DNA from: a virus
Taxonomy: Duplodnaviria > Heunggongvirae > Uroviricota > Caudoviricetes
DNA: 64,000 bases
Virus record (IMG/VR): IMGVR_UViG_3300011113_000787
Location: 47,269-111,268 of that record
Reading direction: 5' to 3' (one strand)
Translations under genes and position numbers: made by a program
Notes under the pieces: model-generated
What the model saw: only the letters and a program-made list of their open reading frames with translations
Databases searched by the model: none
What the model was told of the DNA's origin: nothing
In this document: positions 8,643 to 17,212 of the stretch, in pieces
Layout of the letters: each line of letters opens with the position of its first letter
How positions within the stretch are numbered: the first letter of the stretch is position 1

Positions 8643-9803
8643 TTACTCAGTTTCACAATTCAAACCAAGAAAATCTTCATCAAAAGATTTTGGTAAACCT
8701 TTCCCTGTATCGTAGACCCAATTTCCACAATCTCTTTTTTTCTCCGCAGGATAGACTAAAATCCCTCCGATATCATAGGATAATAATTTTGAGTATTTGG
8801 CTTGTGAGCTCTTTATTTGAATTGGTACCCATTTGTCTTCAAATTTGACCATTAAATCACATTGAAATGTTATGTCTACAAGATTCCCATATGAAGAAAA
8901 AATTCTAATATTTTCTCTTGGAATACCATTATACAATAAATCACTTAAGAAGTCCCTTTCAGCAGATTCACCTTTTTCTGTAGTCTTTTTGATTCTTTCC
9001 AACATTCTTCTATAATCGTAATCGGATTCTGAATCATCCGCACTTATTAGTAAAGAGAGAACATCTCTGTCGGCTAAACTCAATTCAGGAACTTTTAGTT
9101 TTATTAAATCCCTTTGTTGTGGGCCGTATCCAGATAAATCAACTATATTTTCAATAGGTTTTTCTTTGAAGTAGTTTTTTACCTTTTCTGTAACTGTTCT
9201 CCCCTCCAACTCCCCTTCTACGTCGCTCTTTGCTATTAACTTTATCCAATTTGTATAGTTGGTGTTAATTCTATTGAGTATTGACCAATCGTCTTTTTCT
9301 ATAAATCCAAAAAAATCTCTAGCACCTAATTGTCTAATCAACTTATTACATTCATTCGTGATTGTAGATTTATACTCTCTATCAGGGAAATCAAATTTTT
9401 TTCCTGTGTCCTCGATGTTATTTTTGAAGAACACCAAGTCTCTAACGTTTTGTAGAATCCAACTCCTTTCAGGTTGACCAACCTTGATATTTTTGTTGTT
9501 GTTCAGCATGATTTTTTTGTTACTCCTGATTAGGTCGTTATATGTTTTTGTACCTAATTCTTTAATCAAATCATGAATTTTTTGGTTGGTTCTTATAGAA
9601 TCCAGAATCGATGTGGCGTAGTATTCCTTTTTAAATTGTGATACCGCCTTATTATATTCCGCCTTTGTAATTTTTCCGAAAACTCTTAGTTTACGACCAA
9701 TGTCCTGCAAGGTTATATCAGGTCCCTGATAATTCCTTAGCATTTCATATGTGTCGTATTTTTCCTCTTGCTCCTGTAAAAATTTTCGAATAGAACTTTT
9801 CAT
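8643..9803 (-). CDS. hypothetical protein (386 aa); possible PD-(D/E)xK-like C-terminus
   Basis: Start reassigned to ATG 9803 (TATTTATTACAG upstream; track start 9881 runs through a terminator hairpin). C-terminus VDITF..CDLMVKFEDK is weakly nuclease-like. Confidence 0.5.
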   Translation of the reverse strand: MKSSIRKFLQEQEEKYDTYEMLRNYQGPDITLQDIGRKLRVFGKITKAEYNKAVSQFKKEYYATSILDSIRTNQKIHDLIKELGTKTYNDLIRSNKKIMLNNNKNIKVGQPERSWILQNVRDLVFFKNNIEDTGKKFDFPDREYKSTITNECNKLIRQLGARDFFGFIEKDDWSILNRINTNYTNWIKLIAKSDVEGELEGRTVTEKVKNYFKEKPIENIVDLSGYGPQQRDLIKLKVPELSLADRDVLSLLISADDSESDYDYRRMLERIKKTTEKGESAERDFLSDLLYNGIPRENIRIFSSYGNLVDITFQCDLMVKFEDKWVPIQIKSSQAKYSKLLSYDIGGILVYPAEKKRDCGNWVYDTGKGLPKSFDEDFLGLNCETE

Positions 9804-9821
9804 CTGTAATAAATACCAAAA

Positions 9822-9853
9822 TAAAATAAAAATCCCCTCACTGTGGAGGGGAT
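9822..9853 (-). terminator. rho-independent terminator (minus strand)
   Basis: A-run + ATCCCCTC actgt GGAGGGGAT on plus strand = hairpin + U-run on minus strand. Confidence 0.55.
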
Positions 9854-9861
9854 TCAAAATC

Positions 9862-10158
9862 TTACTCTTGTACGGGTTCATCTGAGGACCCTTTGGATTT
9901 GTTAATCCATTTGTCCACAGAACCTATTCCAAACGAACCTAACACCAACCAAAGGAAAGCATTAAAGATAAAATCGTTTATCACAAGGTCCTTTCCAAGT
10001 GAGCCAGTAACGATGTCTGCAATTGCAAATAAAACCATCATCACAAAAGCTAAAAATCCAACGACACTTTTTTCATTAATTGAGTTGTTGTCGTTAAACA
10101 ACTGTCCGAAAAATTTTTTCATAGTATTTGGTAATTTACTTACCAATAAATATTTCAA
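9862..10158 (-). CDS. small membrane protein (98 aa)
   Basis: Two hydrophobic helices. Confidence 0.4.
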   Translation of the reverse strand: MKYLLVSKLPNTMKKFFGQLFNDNNSINEKSVVGFLAFVMMVLFAIADIVTGSLGKDLVINDFIFNAFLWLVLGSFGIGSVDKWINKSKGSSDEPVQE

Positions 10159-10176
10159 AATTTCAACGAATCAGTT

Positions 10177-11157
10177 TTAATTAACGACCAAACTTACATA
10201 AACAGGGAATCCAATTGTATAGTTAGTTGTTGCAGATTGTATAAGAACGGCAGCGCCTGATGGGGTACCACTTGGAGGAAGTCCTATATTAGCACCAAAC
10301 ACAAATCCTGAACCCATTGGTGATTGAATCCATTGTTTAAATGAGTTCGTGTCTCCTGAATAAATTGCAGTATTACCAGTTTGTGAGAATGTTATTGTTA
10401 CACTTTGACCTGTAAATGTAGAGTAGTAGCTTGTTCTATCAATTCCATCAGTATCAAAAGAATTGAAATAGAATCCTCTTCCTCCTGTTGCCAAGACATT
10501 AATTTCAGTACTTCCTGTAATCAAACCACCTGTATTATTCATAATTGAATTACCTGATGATGGGAAGTTATATGGTGTAGCAACTAAGTTGAAGGAATAT
10601 CCCGTTACAGGTTGAGGGGATGTTGAAGGTGTTGGTGTATTTGTTGGAGTACCTGTATTTGTTGGTGTAGGAGTAACTAAGATTTCTGTTGCTGTAGGCG
10701 TTGGAGTCGGTGTTACGACAACTTCTGTTGCTGTTGGGGTCGGTAATGAATCATAAGAAGTCCAAAACCCGTTTGCATTTAACCAAATTTTAGCATCATT
10801 GGGGTTAGTAAAAACCTGTGGGGTTGAATATTTTCCTGAAAGGTACTCCGCAAGATTAATAAATGAGGTATCATCACCAGGTATCTTACTTCTCCAAAAT
10901 TGTACAAATCCTGTTCCCGACAAAGGTAAAGGTTGTGTACCTCCTGATTGAGGATAACCGATAACATATCCTAAATCTTCATCAGGTCCGTTTTTCCATG
11001 TAAGTCCACCATACCCTTCCGATACAGGTAATTCATTTGTTCCAATTGCTAAATCACCAACTTGTGTTGTTGCTGAAACGGTGGAACCCGTATTATATGC
11101 GAAAGGTCTTGATGTTGCCATGATTGTATGTTCTTGGTAATTTTGATTTACTCTCAA
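10177..11157 (-). CDS. tail fibre / receptor-binding-like protein (N-terminal anchor domain + PT-rich linker + C-terminal domain)
   Basis: N-terminal ~110 aa ~80% identical to 11181..12227; PTPTATE(V/I)(V/L)VTPTPT repeats; no signal peptide. Confidence 0.5.
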   Translation of the reverse strand: MRVNQNYQEHTIMATSRPFAYNTGSTVSATTQVGDLAIGTNELPVSEGYGGLTWKNGPDEDLGYVIGYPQSGGTQPLPLSGTGFVQFWRSKIPGDDTSFINLAEYLSGKYSTPQVFTNPNDAKIWLNANGFWTSYDSLPTPTATEVVVTPTPTPTATEILVTPTPTNTGTPTNTPTPSTSPQPVTGYSFNLVATPYNFPSSGNSIMNNTGGLITGSTEINVLATGGRGFYFNSFDTDGIDRTSYYSTFTGQSVTITFSQTGNTAIYSGDTNSFKQWIQSPMGSGFVFGANIGLPPSGTPSGAAVLIQSATTNYTIGFPVYVSLVVN

Positions 11158-11180
11158 TAAATACCCTCAGTAAATTAAAA

Positions 11181-12227
11181 TTATATACCGTACAAAGATT
11201 TTCTAGAATTAAAGAAATTAGTTACTTGAGTTTGACTAATTGCACCATTCCAAACTCTCCATTGTCCAATGTAACCTTTGAAATAACCGTTTGCGCCACC
11301 CAAATATGAATTTGCTGTATCAGGTCTTCCTAATGTTAAAGTTGTTGCTGAAGGATTGGCTTTAACTCCGTTTGTTGTCGAAATTAGTGAACCGTTTACA
11401 TACAACTTGAGATTTCCACTAATAGGGTCGTATGTTAGTACAATATAATACCATGTGTTAACTGAAAAATTTGGTCCTTGAATATATGGGTTAGGTGAGA
11501 AATTATCAGGGTAAACACCACCATTTATTTTTCCTCCAACAAATGCGAGTTGAGCATCATTCCATCCTGTTGGTGGGAATCCACTCCATTCTGCAATCAA
11601 AGTACCGTTCTGTGTTTTAGTTGGATAAGCCCATATCTCATATGTTAGTCCACATGTATCCATATCATTACCGAAACCAGATATTGGTATTACAAATGAA
11701 GTTGTTCCACTCAAGGCAACAACTTGATTTCCATTAAATGTTGCTAACGCATAATCGTTATATAATGTGGCGTTTCTTCCATTACCTGAGATATCCGCCC
11801 AAATGTTACTTGTGATTCCTGTTGTAGAATCTAACTCCATCAGTTTGGATGCCGCACCACAACCAATCCCAAATGAAGTCCAATAACCGTTTGACTCTAA
11901 CCATGTTTTAGCGTCATTTCCTGTGGCAAAAGTTTGAGAAAAATTTGCAATATATTCAGCTAAACTTATGAATGTACCTTCGGTCAAATCCTCAGACCTC
12001 CAAAATTGAACGAATCCTGTTCCTGAAACGGGTAATGGTTGTGTACCTGCAAAGTTCGGATAACCAATCACATAACCCAAGTCTTCATCTGCACCATTTT
12101 TCCAAATCACACCACCATATCCTTCAGATACAGGTAAGTCATTTGTTCCGATTGCTAAATCTCCTATTTGTGTTGTTGCGGATATTGTTGAGCCTGTGTT
12201 ATAGGCGAAAGGTCTTGTTGTTGCCAT
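11181..12227 (-). CDS. tail fibre / receptor-binding-like protein with LamG/concanavalin-like C-terminal domain
   Basis: Shares N-terminal domain MAT(S/T)RPFAYNTGST..FVQFWRS with 10177..11157; C-terminus LKLYVNGSLI...YFKGYIGQWRVWNGAISQTQV is LamG-like. Confidence 0.55.
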   Translation of the reverse strand: MATTRPFAYNTGSTISATTQIGDLAIGTNDLPVSEGYGGVIWKNGADEDLGYVIGYPNFAGTQPLPVSGTGFVQFWRSEDLTEGTFISLAEYIANFSQTFATGNDAKTWLESNGYWTSFGIGCGAASKLMELDSTTGITSNIWADISGNGRNATLYNDYALATFNGNQVVALSGTTSFVIPISGFGNDMDTCGLTYEIWAYPTKTQNGTLIAEWSGFPPTGWNDAQLAFVGGKINGGVYPDNFSPNPYIQGPNFSVNTWYYIVLTYDPISGNLKLYVNGSLISTTNGVKANPSATTLTLGRPDTANSYLGGANGYFKGYIGQWRVWNGAISQTQVTNFFNSRKSLYGI

Positions 12228-12256
12228 TTTTTTTTATTTATAAATATCAAGTTTTT

Positions 12257-12823
12257 TTATCCACACTGACCCCAATTTATCACAAGGGTTCCAGTAACTT
12301 GAATAAAGGTTGCTCCATCAGTAATTGTAAATTTTGCACCTACAGGGGGTATTGTGAAAAGTCTATCCCCATAGACATTATCACCTGGTCTCAGTAAATG
12401 AAATGGTTTTGGTGCGTATATTTTTACGTTACTTGGAGTTCCATAATCAATTGACTCACATACATCTTGATACCAATTACCTGTAACTAAATTTTCTATA
12501 AAAACAGGTGTTGGTGTTAATGTTGGAGTTGGTGTATAGGTTGGTGTGGGGGTTGGCGTATGTACTGTTGGGGTTGGTGTAAGTGTTGGGGTTACTGAAG
12601 GCGTTAATGTTGCAGTTGGCGTAGCTGAAGGACACGGTCCAATGATTTCTATTGTTAGAGGGGAACTATATTCTTCTTGTATTAAGTTTTCTGCACAAAC
12701 ATATGCTCTATCTAAAGGATTCAAAGGAGAAACACTTATGATTCCTCCTGTACATCCAGTCCATCTATAATACCCCTCTTCAACGCTGTTATAATTGGTA
12801 ATTTCGTAGTAGTTACACGCCAT
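12257..12823 (-). CDS. PT-linker protein, probable fibre-associated
   Basis: Start reassigned to ATG 12823 (track start 12877 lies inside a terminator hairpin); PTPT repeats; TATTTATAGTT box upstream. Confidence 0.45.
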   Translation of the reverse strand: MACNYYEITNYNSVEEGYYRWTGCTGGIISVSPLNPLDRAYVCAENLIQEEYSSPLTIEIIGPCPSATPTATLTPSVTPTLTPTPTVHTPTPTPTYTPTPTLTPTPVFIENLVTGNWYQDVCESIDYGTPSNVKIYAPKPFHLLRPGDNVYGDRLFTIPPVGAKFTITDGATFIQVTGTLVINWGQCG

Positions 12824-12846
12824 AACTATAAATAGAATGGGTATAT

Positions 12847-12875
12847 AAAAAAAAAGGGGAAGCCGTCGCTTCCCC
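12847..12875 (-). terminator. rho-independent terminator (minus strand)
   Basis: A9 + GGGGAAGC cgtc GCTTCCCC perfect 8-bp stem. Confidence 0.6.
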
Positions 12876-13228
12876 AAATCTCCGTCGAGATAATTTTGGT
12901 CTAATTTTTTTTGGACTGTGGGCGAAAGACCGATAAACCCGAGGAAGTGGACAACTTCTGTTTCAAATTTTACGCCCGAAACATCCAGAAAAGGCAGTGG
13001 TTGTTAGTTTCTTAAGGTAAACTAGAATTTCCTTTCGTCTAAACCTCCCGTGTTTTGATTGACCTTCTATATCTAATTTATAGAGCGGAGAAGAAAGAGG
13101 GTCGGGTGAGTATGGGGAACCACCACGATAACAAACATTCCGCTGTCCATTTGTTTTACAAAGATAAGAAAGATTTTAATGCCTTCCAAATCTTTTCAAA
13201 AAATTCAGATAAAAATCTGAAAATTTCG

Positions 13229-13316
13229 TGGTTGGGAGTGGAGTCGAACCACTGGCTCACGGTTTTCACCCGCTGCTCTACCATAAACCCCGAAGAGTCA
13301 CTGAGCTACCTCAACC
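13229..13316 (-). tRNA. tRNA-Phe(GAA)-like with 17-nt D-loop insertion and bulged acceptor stem (possibly a pseudo-tRNA)
   Basis: Reverse complement reads GGTTG(A)GG-TA-GCTC-AGT[GACTCTTCGGGGTTTAT]GGTA-GAGC-A-..CGG-GTGAAAA-CCG..-AGTGG-TTCGACT-CCACT-CCCAACC-A. T-arm, D-stem, U33-GAA-A37 anticodon loop all present; CCA not encoded. Confidence 0.5.
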
Positions 13317-13476
13317 AATTGTCTTACAAAGATAAGTTATCTGTGCCTGACTTCCAAATTTTGTAAGAACTTTTTTTTGTTCGAATACCGAGTATCTTTC
13401 ATCACCTGTGAGTTCCGAACAGAATACAAAGTTATATTATTCTACTTGAATCGTCAAACTTTTTATATTTATTTTT

Positions 13477-14112
13477 ATGAAAATTTTTCTAACTACCATA
13501 GTTTTATTCTTGAGCCTGAACACTTATTCTCAAGATACTATTCGTATCAAACACACCAACTACTCAACAGTGTTTTCAATCTCAAAAAAATATCCCGTTC
13601 TTGTTGAATGGTGGGTTACTAAGTCTATGGTAACTTGTCCTACTCCTCTCAAAAGAAAAGACAATTTCAAACCTGACCCTAAACTGATTGAACATACCGA
13701 CATTGCAAAGGATTACGTGGGAAGTGGGTTTGATAGGGGTCATATGATGCCTGCCGCAGATAACTTATGCCAAACACCTCAAGTTCAAGACGAGTGTTTT
13801 TATTTTTCAAATATGTCCGCGCAATATCACAGTCTGAATGCTGGTGATTGGAAATCTTTAGAAACCTATGTTAGAGAAGAGGTAAAAAAAACAGATTCAA
13901 TACGTGTATGGACAGGTAATGTAGGTGAGATTCAAAAAATCGGCAAAGTGTCCGTACCAAAATATTGTTGGAAAGTAATATACATTAAGAGTTCGAATGT
14001 TTGGAAGTCTTTTTTGTTTGAAAATAACAAAAACAAACCAGATGGTTTTCAAAACAACGAGGTGAAATTAAGTGAAATAGAAAAGTTGACGGGTTTTATG
14101 TTCAAGAATTGA
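13477..14112 (+). CDS. secreted DNA/RNA non-specific endonuclease (EndoG/Serratia nuclease family)
   Basis: Signal peptide MKIFLTTIVLFLSLNTYSQ; active-site motif GFDRGHMMPAADN (DRGH beta-beta-alpha-Me). Confidence 0.7.
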   Translation: MKIFLTTIVLFLSLNTYSQDTIRIKHTNYSTVFSISKKYPVLVEWWVTKSMVTCPTPLKRKDNFKPDPKLIEHTDIAKDYVGSGFDRGHMMPAADNLCQTPQVQDECFYFSNMSAQYHSLNAGDWKSLETYVREEVKKTDSIRVWTGNVGEIQKIGKVSVPKYCWKVIYIKSSNVWKSFLFENNKNKPDGFQNNEVKLSEIEKLTGFMFKN

Positions 14113-14404
14113 TAACCCCATCAAGATATTTTTTTATTGTCCTTCTGATTTTTTGTTCTCCTAATGCAACCCACTCATCTTCAATCATCTGAAAAATTTT
14201 CCCCACAAGATATTTTTTGTTACCCAAAAGTGGTCTAGTTTTATCATCTATTTGTATAAATTTTGCAGGAGTTTTCATCCAATCAAAATTTATTTCGTGT
14301 GTCGGAAAATGTCTTTTGAGATAAGTCAAAAGCTCATCTGAAGTATCATCATTATATTTTGATAAAATTTCTTTTCTTTCTTCTTCTGTGATACGCATAT
14401 TCAT
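14102..14404 (-). CDS. small protein with family N-terminal motif (MRITEEERKEIL)
   Basis: TATTTATGAAT box directly upstream of second ATG (14398). Confidence 0.4.
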   Translation of the reverse strand: MNMRITEEERKEILSKYNDDTSDELLTYLKRHFPTHEINFDWMKTPAKFIQIDDKTRPLLGNKKYLVGKIFQMIEDEWVALGEQKIRRTIKKYLDGVINS

Positions 14405-14436
14405 AAATATAAGTCTATTTATTTGAAAATCTAACT

Positions 14437-14568
14437 ATGGCAAAAGCAAAAGGCGGTGCAAGTGTATCAAGAAAAATTTCCTTCGGTAAAAGAAAAGGGG
14501 GAGTTGCTAAAAAATCTTATAACAAACACAATCCGAAACCAAAACCTTATAGAGGTCAAGGACGCTAA
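14437..14568 (+). CDS. small highly basic protein (43 aa), not in ORF track
   Basis: MAKAKGGASVSRKISFGKRKGGVAKKSYNKHNPKPKPYRGQGR; ATG 14437, TAA 14566-14568; preceded by TATTTATTTG box. Confidence 0.3.
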   Translation: MAKAKGGASVSRKISFGKRKGGVAKKSYNKHNPKPKPYRGQGR

Positions 14569-14604
14569 CTTTAGTTTTACGATAATTCAATTATAATTTT
14601 TATC

Positions 14605-14892
14605 ATGTTAGATAAGAAAAGAAGACTTTTCCGCCTAATAGAAACCTACATCAATGACTACCAAAAAGAAGCGGTGGAGGAAATGTATGGTGTGGGCACC
14701 AAAATCAAAATTCACAATATCGCAGAATCTCAAACACAAAATTCAATTTTGTTTGAGGCAATCATTGTTTTGGGGGATACTATAACCGAACAAGTTATGG
14801 ATAGAAAATTAGCAGACATTTTAATTCAAGACGCTGTTGTCTATTTTTTCCCTGACCAATCTATTAAAACTTATGTAAGATGGGATGTTTAG
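14605..14892 (+). CDS. hypothetical protein (95 aa)
   Basis: ORF on plus strand in a short plus-strand island. Confidence 0.35.
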   Translation: MLDKKRRLFRLIETYINDYQKEAVEEMYGVGTKIKIHNIAESQTQNSILFEAIIVLGDTITEQVMDRKLADILIQDAVVYFFPDQSIKTYVRWDV

Positions 14893-15197
14893 AGAGTTCT
14901 TTTTCTCATTTCCTCAAGTAATTCACTATTTTCTTTTTGGAGGAATTCTACTTTTACAGTCAGAGCCGAAACCTTTTCTGTAAGTGATAAAATTGTTGTT
15001 CTCATGTCGTCTTTTTCTTTTGAGCTCAACTGAAGAAGGGCTTCTAATTTAGCGATTCTGTCTCTGCAGTCATCACGAACAAAATCCTCGTCTCTTTCTT
15101 TTCTCATTGCTCTTTTTTCGTAAAATCTCCAAGCACTTGTTGAACCCAAAACTGTGACGATGGTTATTAACACCGTCCAAACTGAATCACTCGTCAT
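14889..15197 (-). CDS. membrane-anchored coiled-coil protein (102 aa)
   Basis: N-terminal TM WTVLITIVTVLG then charged coiled coil. Confidence 0.4.
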   Translation of the reverse strand: MTSDSVWTVLITIVTVLGSTSAWRFYEKRAMRKERDEDFVRDDCRDRIAKLEALLQLSSKEKDDMRTTILSLTEKVSALTVKVEFLQKENSELLEEMRKRTL

Positions 15198-15210
15198 ATT
15201 TTAATTTTCT

Positions 15211-15347
15211 TGTATTTTCATAAATACACAAAAGTCAAGAAAAGAATATTTTTTTTAATTAAAAATTTCTGAAGGGAGGGAAATAATTATTATTCTTATA
15301 GAATAATAATATAAATTAAAATATATAAAAAACTAGTAATACTAGTT
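15211..15347. promoter_or_regulatory. AT-rich control region with three perfect palindromes (operator candidates)
   Basis: TGTATTT tcat AAATACA (15211-15228); ATTATTATTC ttata GAATAATAAT (15286-15310); AACTAGTA a TACTAGTT (15331-15347). Confidence 0.35.
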
Positions 15348-15357
15348 CTAGGTGATT

Positions 15358-15627
15358 TTAAACAAAATCAACACAGCATTCCAAATTCAAAAGACTTTCC
15401 AAAAAATTTGTAACTTCGTTAATTGTAAAATTTGACTCCAAGTAAGGGGAACCCGATTTATTTTTGATGGATAAAAAAATGGTGTGGGAATCAGGTAACC
15501 ATTGGTCACTAACTTGGTCGTACTTTTGTGTTGGTAGTATCACCATCTCTCTGATTTGTAAACTATCACCATATGAAAGTTCAAAAGAGGATTCAACTAA
15601 TCTTTTTATGCGTTTAATTTTGTCCAC
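15358..15627 (-). CDS. hypothetical protein (89 aa)
   Basis: ORF in minus operon. Confidence 0.35.
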   Translation of the reverse strand: MDKIKRIKRLVESSFELSYGDSLQIREMVILPTQKYDQVSDQWLPDSHTIFLSIKNKSGSPYLESNFTINEVTNFLESLLNLECCVDFV

Positions 15628-15992
15628 GTCATATCAGAATTTAAAACGACCGAGTATAAGTATTTTTTATTCCATTCTTTGGGTCCAATTAAAGATAGTG
15701 TGCGTCCACCATCACTTTCCTCATATAAGTGATATATCTCCCCTATAATCGGTTCAAATTTGTATCTTGACTCGTAGACCTCTTGTTGTAAAAGGATTGA
15801 ATTTTGAAGGGTTTCTGCGTCTCTAATGAGTTCTTCATACCGTCTCTTGATAACCCTATCTACTTTATTTAGACCGTGACTTTTGAATGCGGTCAAATCG
15901 GTGGGCTCAATCTTTGGAGCACCAACATGTGTAGGGTATGGAATACTCTTTGGCTGTAGATTTACCTTATCGATATGAGATTGTGTCGACAT
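15606..15992 (-). CDS. hypothetical protein (128 aa)
   Basis: ORF in minus operon. Confidence 0.4.
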   Translation of the reverse strand: MSTQSHIDKVNLQPKSIPYPTHVGAPKIEPTDLTAFKSHGLNKVDRVIKRRYEELIRDAETLQNSILLQQEVYESRYKFEPIIGEIYHLYEESDGGRTLSLIGPKEWNKKYLYSVVLNSDMTWTKLNA

Positions 15993-15995
15993 TTT

Positions 15996-16625
15996 TTATA
16001 AAACTTCTAAAATTGTTTCGGAATGTGAAGGAGAAAATATAATCAAAGGATTTCCTCGACTATTCTCATACATACATGTTAATAACGGTAAAAGGAATAG
16101 ATAAAGTTTATCTCTAACTAATTTTTCAATATTTGGGTTCATAAGCTCACTGTGATGAGTTGGTGAGACCGTGATATGAATTTCTAATGGTCCGAAATAT
16201 ATTACTCCCTCAAGATTTGGGTCAATCCTTCCTTTTGGTTTAATTCTAACTTCAGTAACATCAATTATCCATGGAAATGTTTTCATGAGTAACCTTTTGA
16301 GAGGTTTTTCATCAAGCTTCAAAGGGTCTTTTTTTTCATAGGTTGATGATGCAACATAATTCAAGGTGGAACCACACCATTGAACAAAATATTCTACGGG
16401 CATAGAGGTTGGACTAGGTGTTTTTTCTTGATATGTGTTGGTTTTATTAGTTAAAATAGATGCAGTCATCGGGGTATCGTGTGCGAGTGGTAGATTTGTC
16501 GGCACAAAAAGTAATTGGTTCAAAACATGTGGGTCTTGTTGGTTGTTGAATCTCACTTGAGTTTCCTCAACTTCCCTGTTTTCTTCTTTAGTGAAAAATG
16601 AGATTAAAGTCTTAAGTACGGTCAT
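15996..16625 (-). CDS. hypothetical protein (209 aa) with FPWIIDV motif
   Basis: Shares KxFPWIIDV block with 39158..39661. Confidence 0.45.
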   Translation of the reverse strand: MTVLKTLISFFTKEENREVEETQVRFNNQQDPHVLNQLLFVPTNLPLAHDTPMTASILTNKTNTYQEKTPSPTSMPVEYFVQWCGSTLNYVASSTYEKKDPLKLDEKPLKRLLMKTFPWIIDVTEVRIKPKGRIDPNLEGVIYFGPLEIHITVSPTHHSELMNPNIEKLVRDKLYLFLLPLLTCMYENSRGNPLIIFSPSHSETILEVL

Positions 16626-16627
16626 AA

Positions 16628-16651
16628 ATAAAAAAGTCCCTTTATAGGGAC
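16628..16651 (-). terminator. rho-independent terminator (minus strand)
   Basis: A-run + GTCCCTTTATAGGGAC hairpin. Confidence 0.5.
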
Positions 16652-16681
16652 AATTTTAAAAAATATATTTCAAAAAAACAA

Positions 16682-17179
16682 TTACTGACCTTTAATCATT
16701 CCAATACCATGTTTCAAGAATTCCTTAGCTCTTGGTGAAATGTGTTGCATCGCATAAACTTTTTCGATGTCTTTAACAAGTTCCTCACCATGTTCGTTTT
16801 CCTTGTACAGTTCGATGATTTTGTCCATTGCCTTGGTACATTCTTTCTTAGTTTCATCAAAATAATTGTAAGGTTTAAAACCTTTTAGATGATTCATAAT
16901 CTCGTAAGCCAAGTGTTCCCCACCATCCGAAACCTTCGGGTGTAGTCTAAGGGTTTTAAGTAATTCAAGTTTATCAACTAAACCTCTAACCCCATTTTTT
17001 CTCATCTTAACCCCTTCGATATAATCATCATCTTCGTCATCACCCACAATTTCCTCTAATGATTTTGTATTTCCTGCGTGGCAAAATTTTCTATCTTCAG
17101 TTTTTTCCGATTCACTGACTTGATAGATTCCTCTAATTCTTTGTTTTTCTTCTTCAGTTAAAATAAATCTTTTACCCAT
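16682..17179 (-). CDS. hypothetical protein (165 aa) with family N-terminal motif (FILTEEEKQRIRGIY)
   Basis: TATTTATAGTC box 4 nt upstream of ATG. Confidence 0.45.
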   Translation of the reverse strand: MGKRFILTEEEKQRIRGIYQVSESEKTEDRKFCHAGNTKSLEEIVGDDEDDDYIEGVKMRKNGVRGLVDKLELLKTLRLHPKVSDGGEHLAYEIMNHLKGFKPYNYFDETKKECTKAMDKIIELYKENEHGEELVKDIEKVYAMQHISPRAKEFLKHGIGMIKGQ

Positions 17180-17212
17180 GACTATAAATACTGCACTTTC
17201 GTTAAAATTTAA

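Noticed and set aside
9804-9881. N-terminal 26 codons of the track ORF 8643..9881 (and similar 5' extensions at 12824..12877, 37791..37817, 38173..38211, 45288..45449)
   Set aside because: These extensions contain the terminator hairpin and lie upstream of the GTATTTATT box; the downstream ATG is the more likely start.
12546-12770. Plus-strand ORF beginning MGVGVCTVGVGV
   Set aside because: Antisense read-through of the (PT)n linker codons of 12257..12823.
13055-13366. Plus-strand 103-aa ORF
   Set aside because: Overlaps the tRNA-like gene and the non-coding gap; no start context.
12878-13476. Integrase / att site expected next to the tRNA-like gene
   Set aside because: No integrase-like ORF or direct repeat of the tRNA 3' end found in the window.
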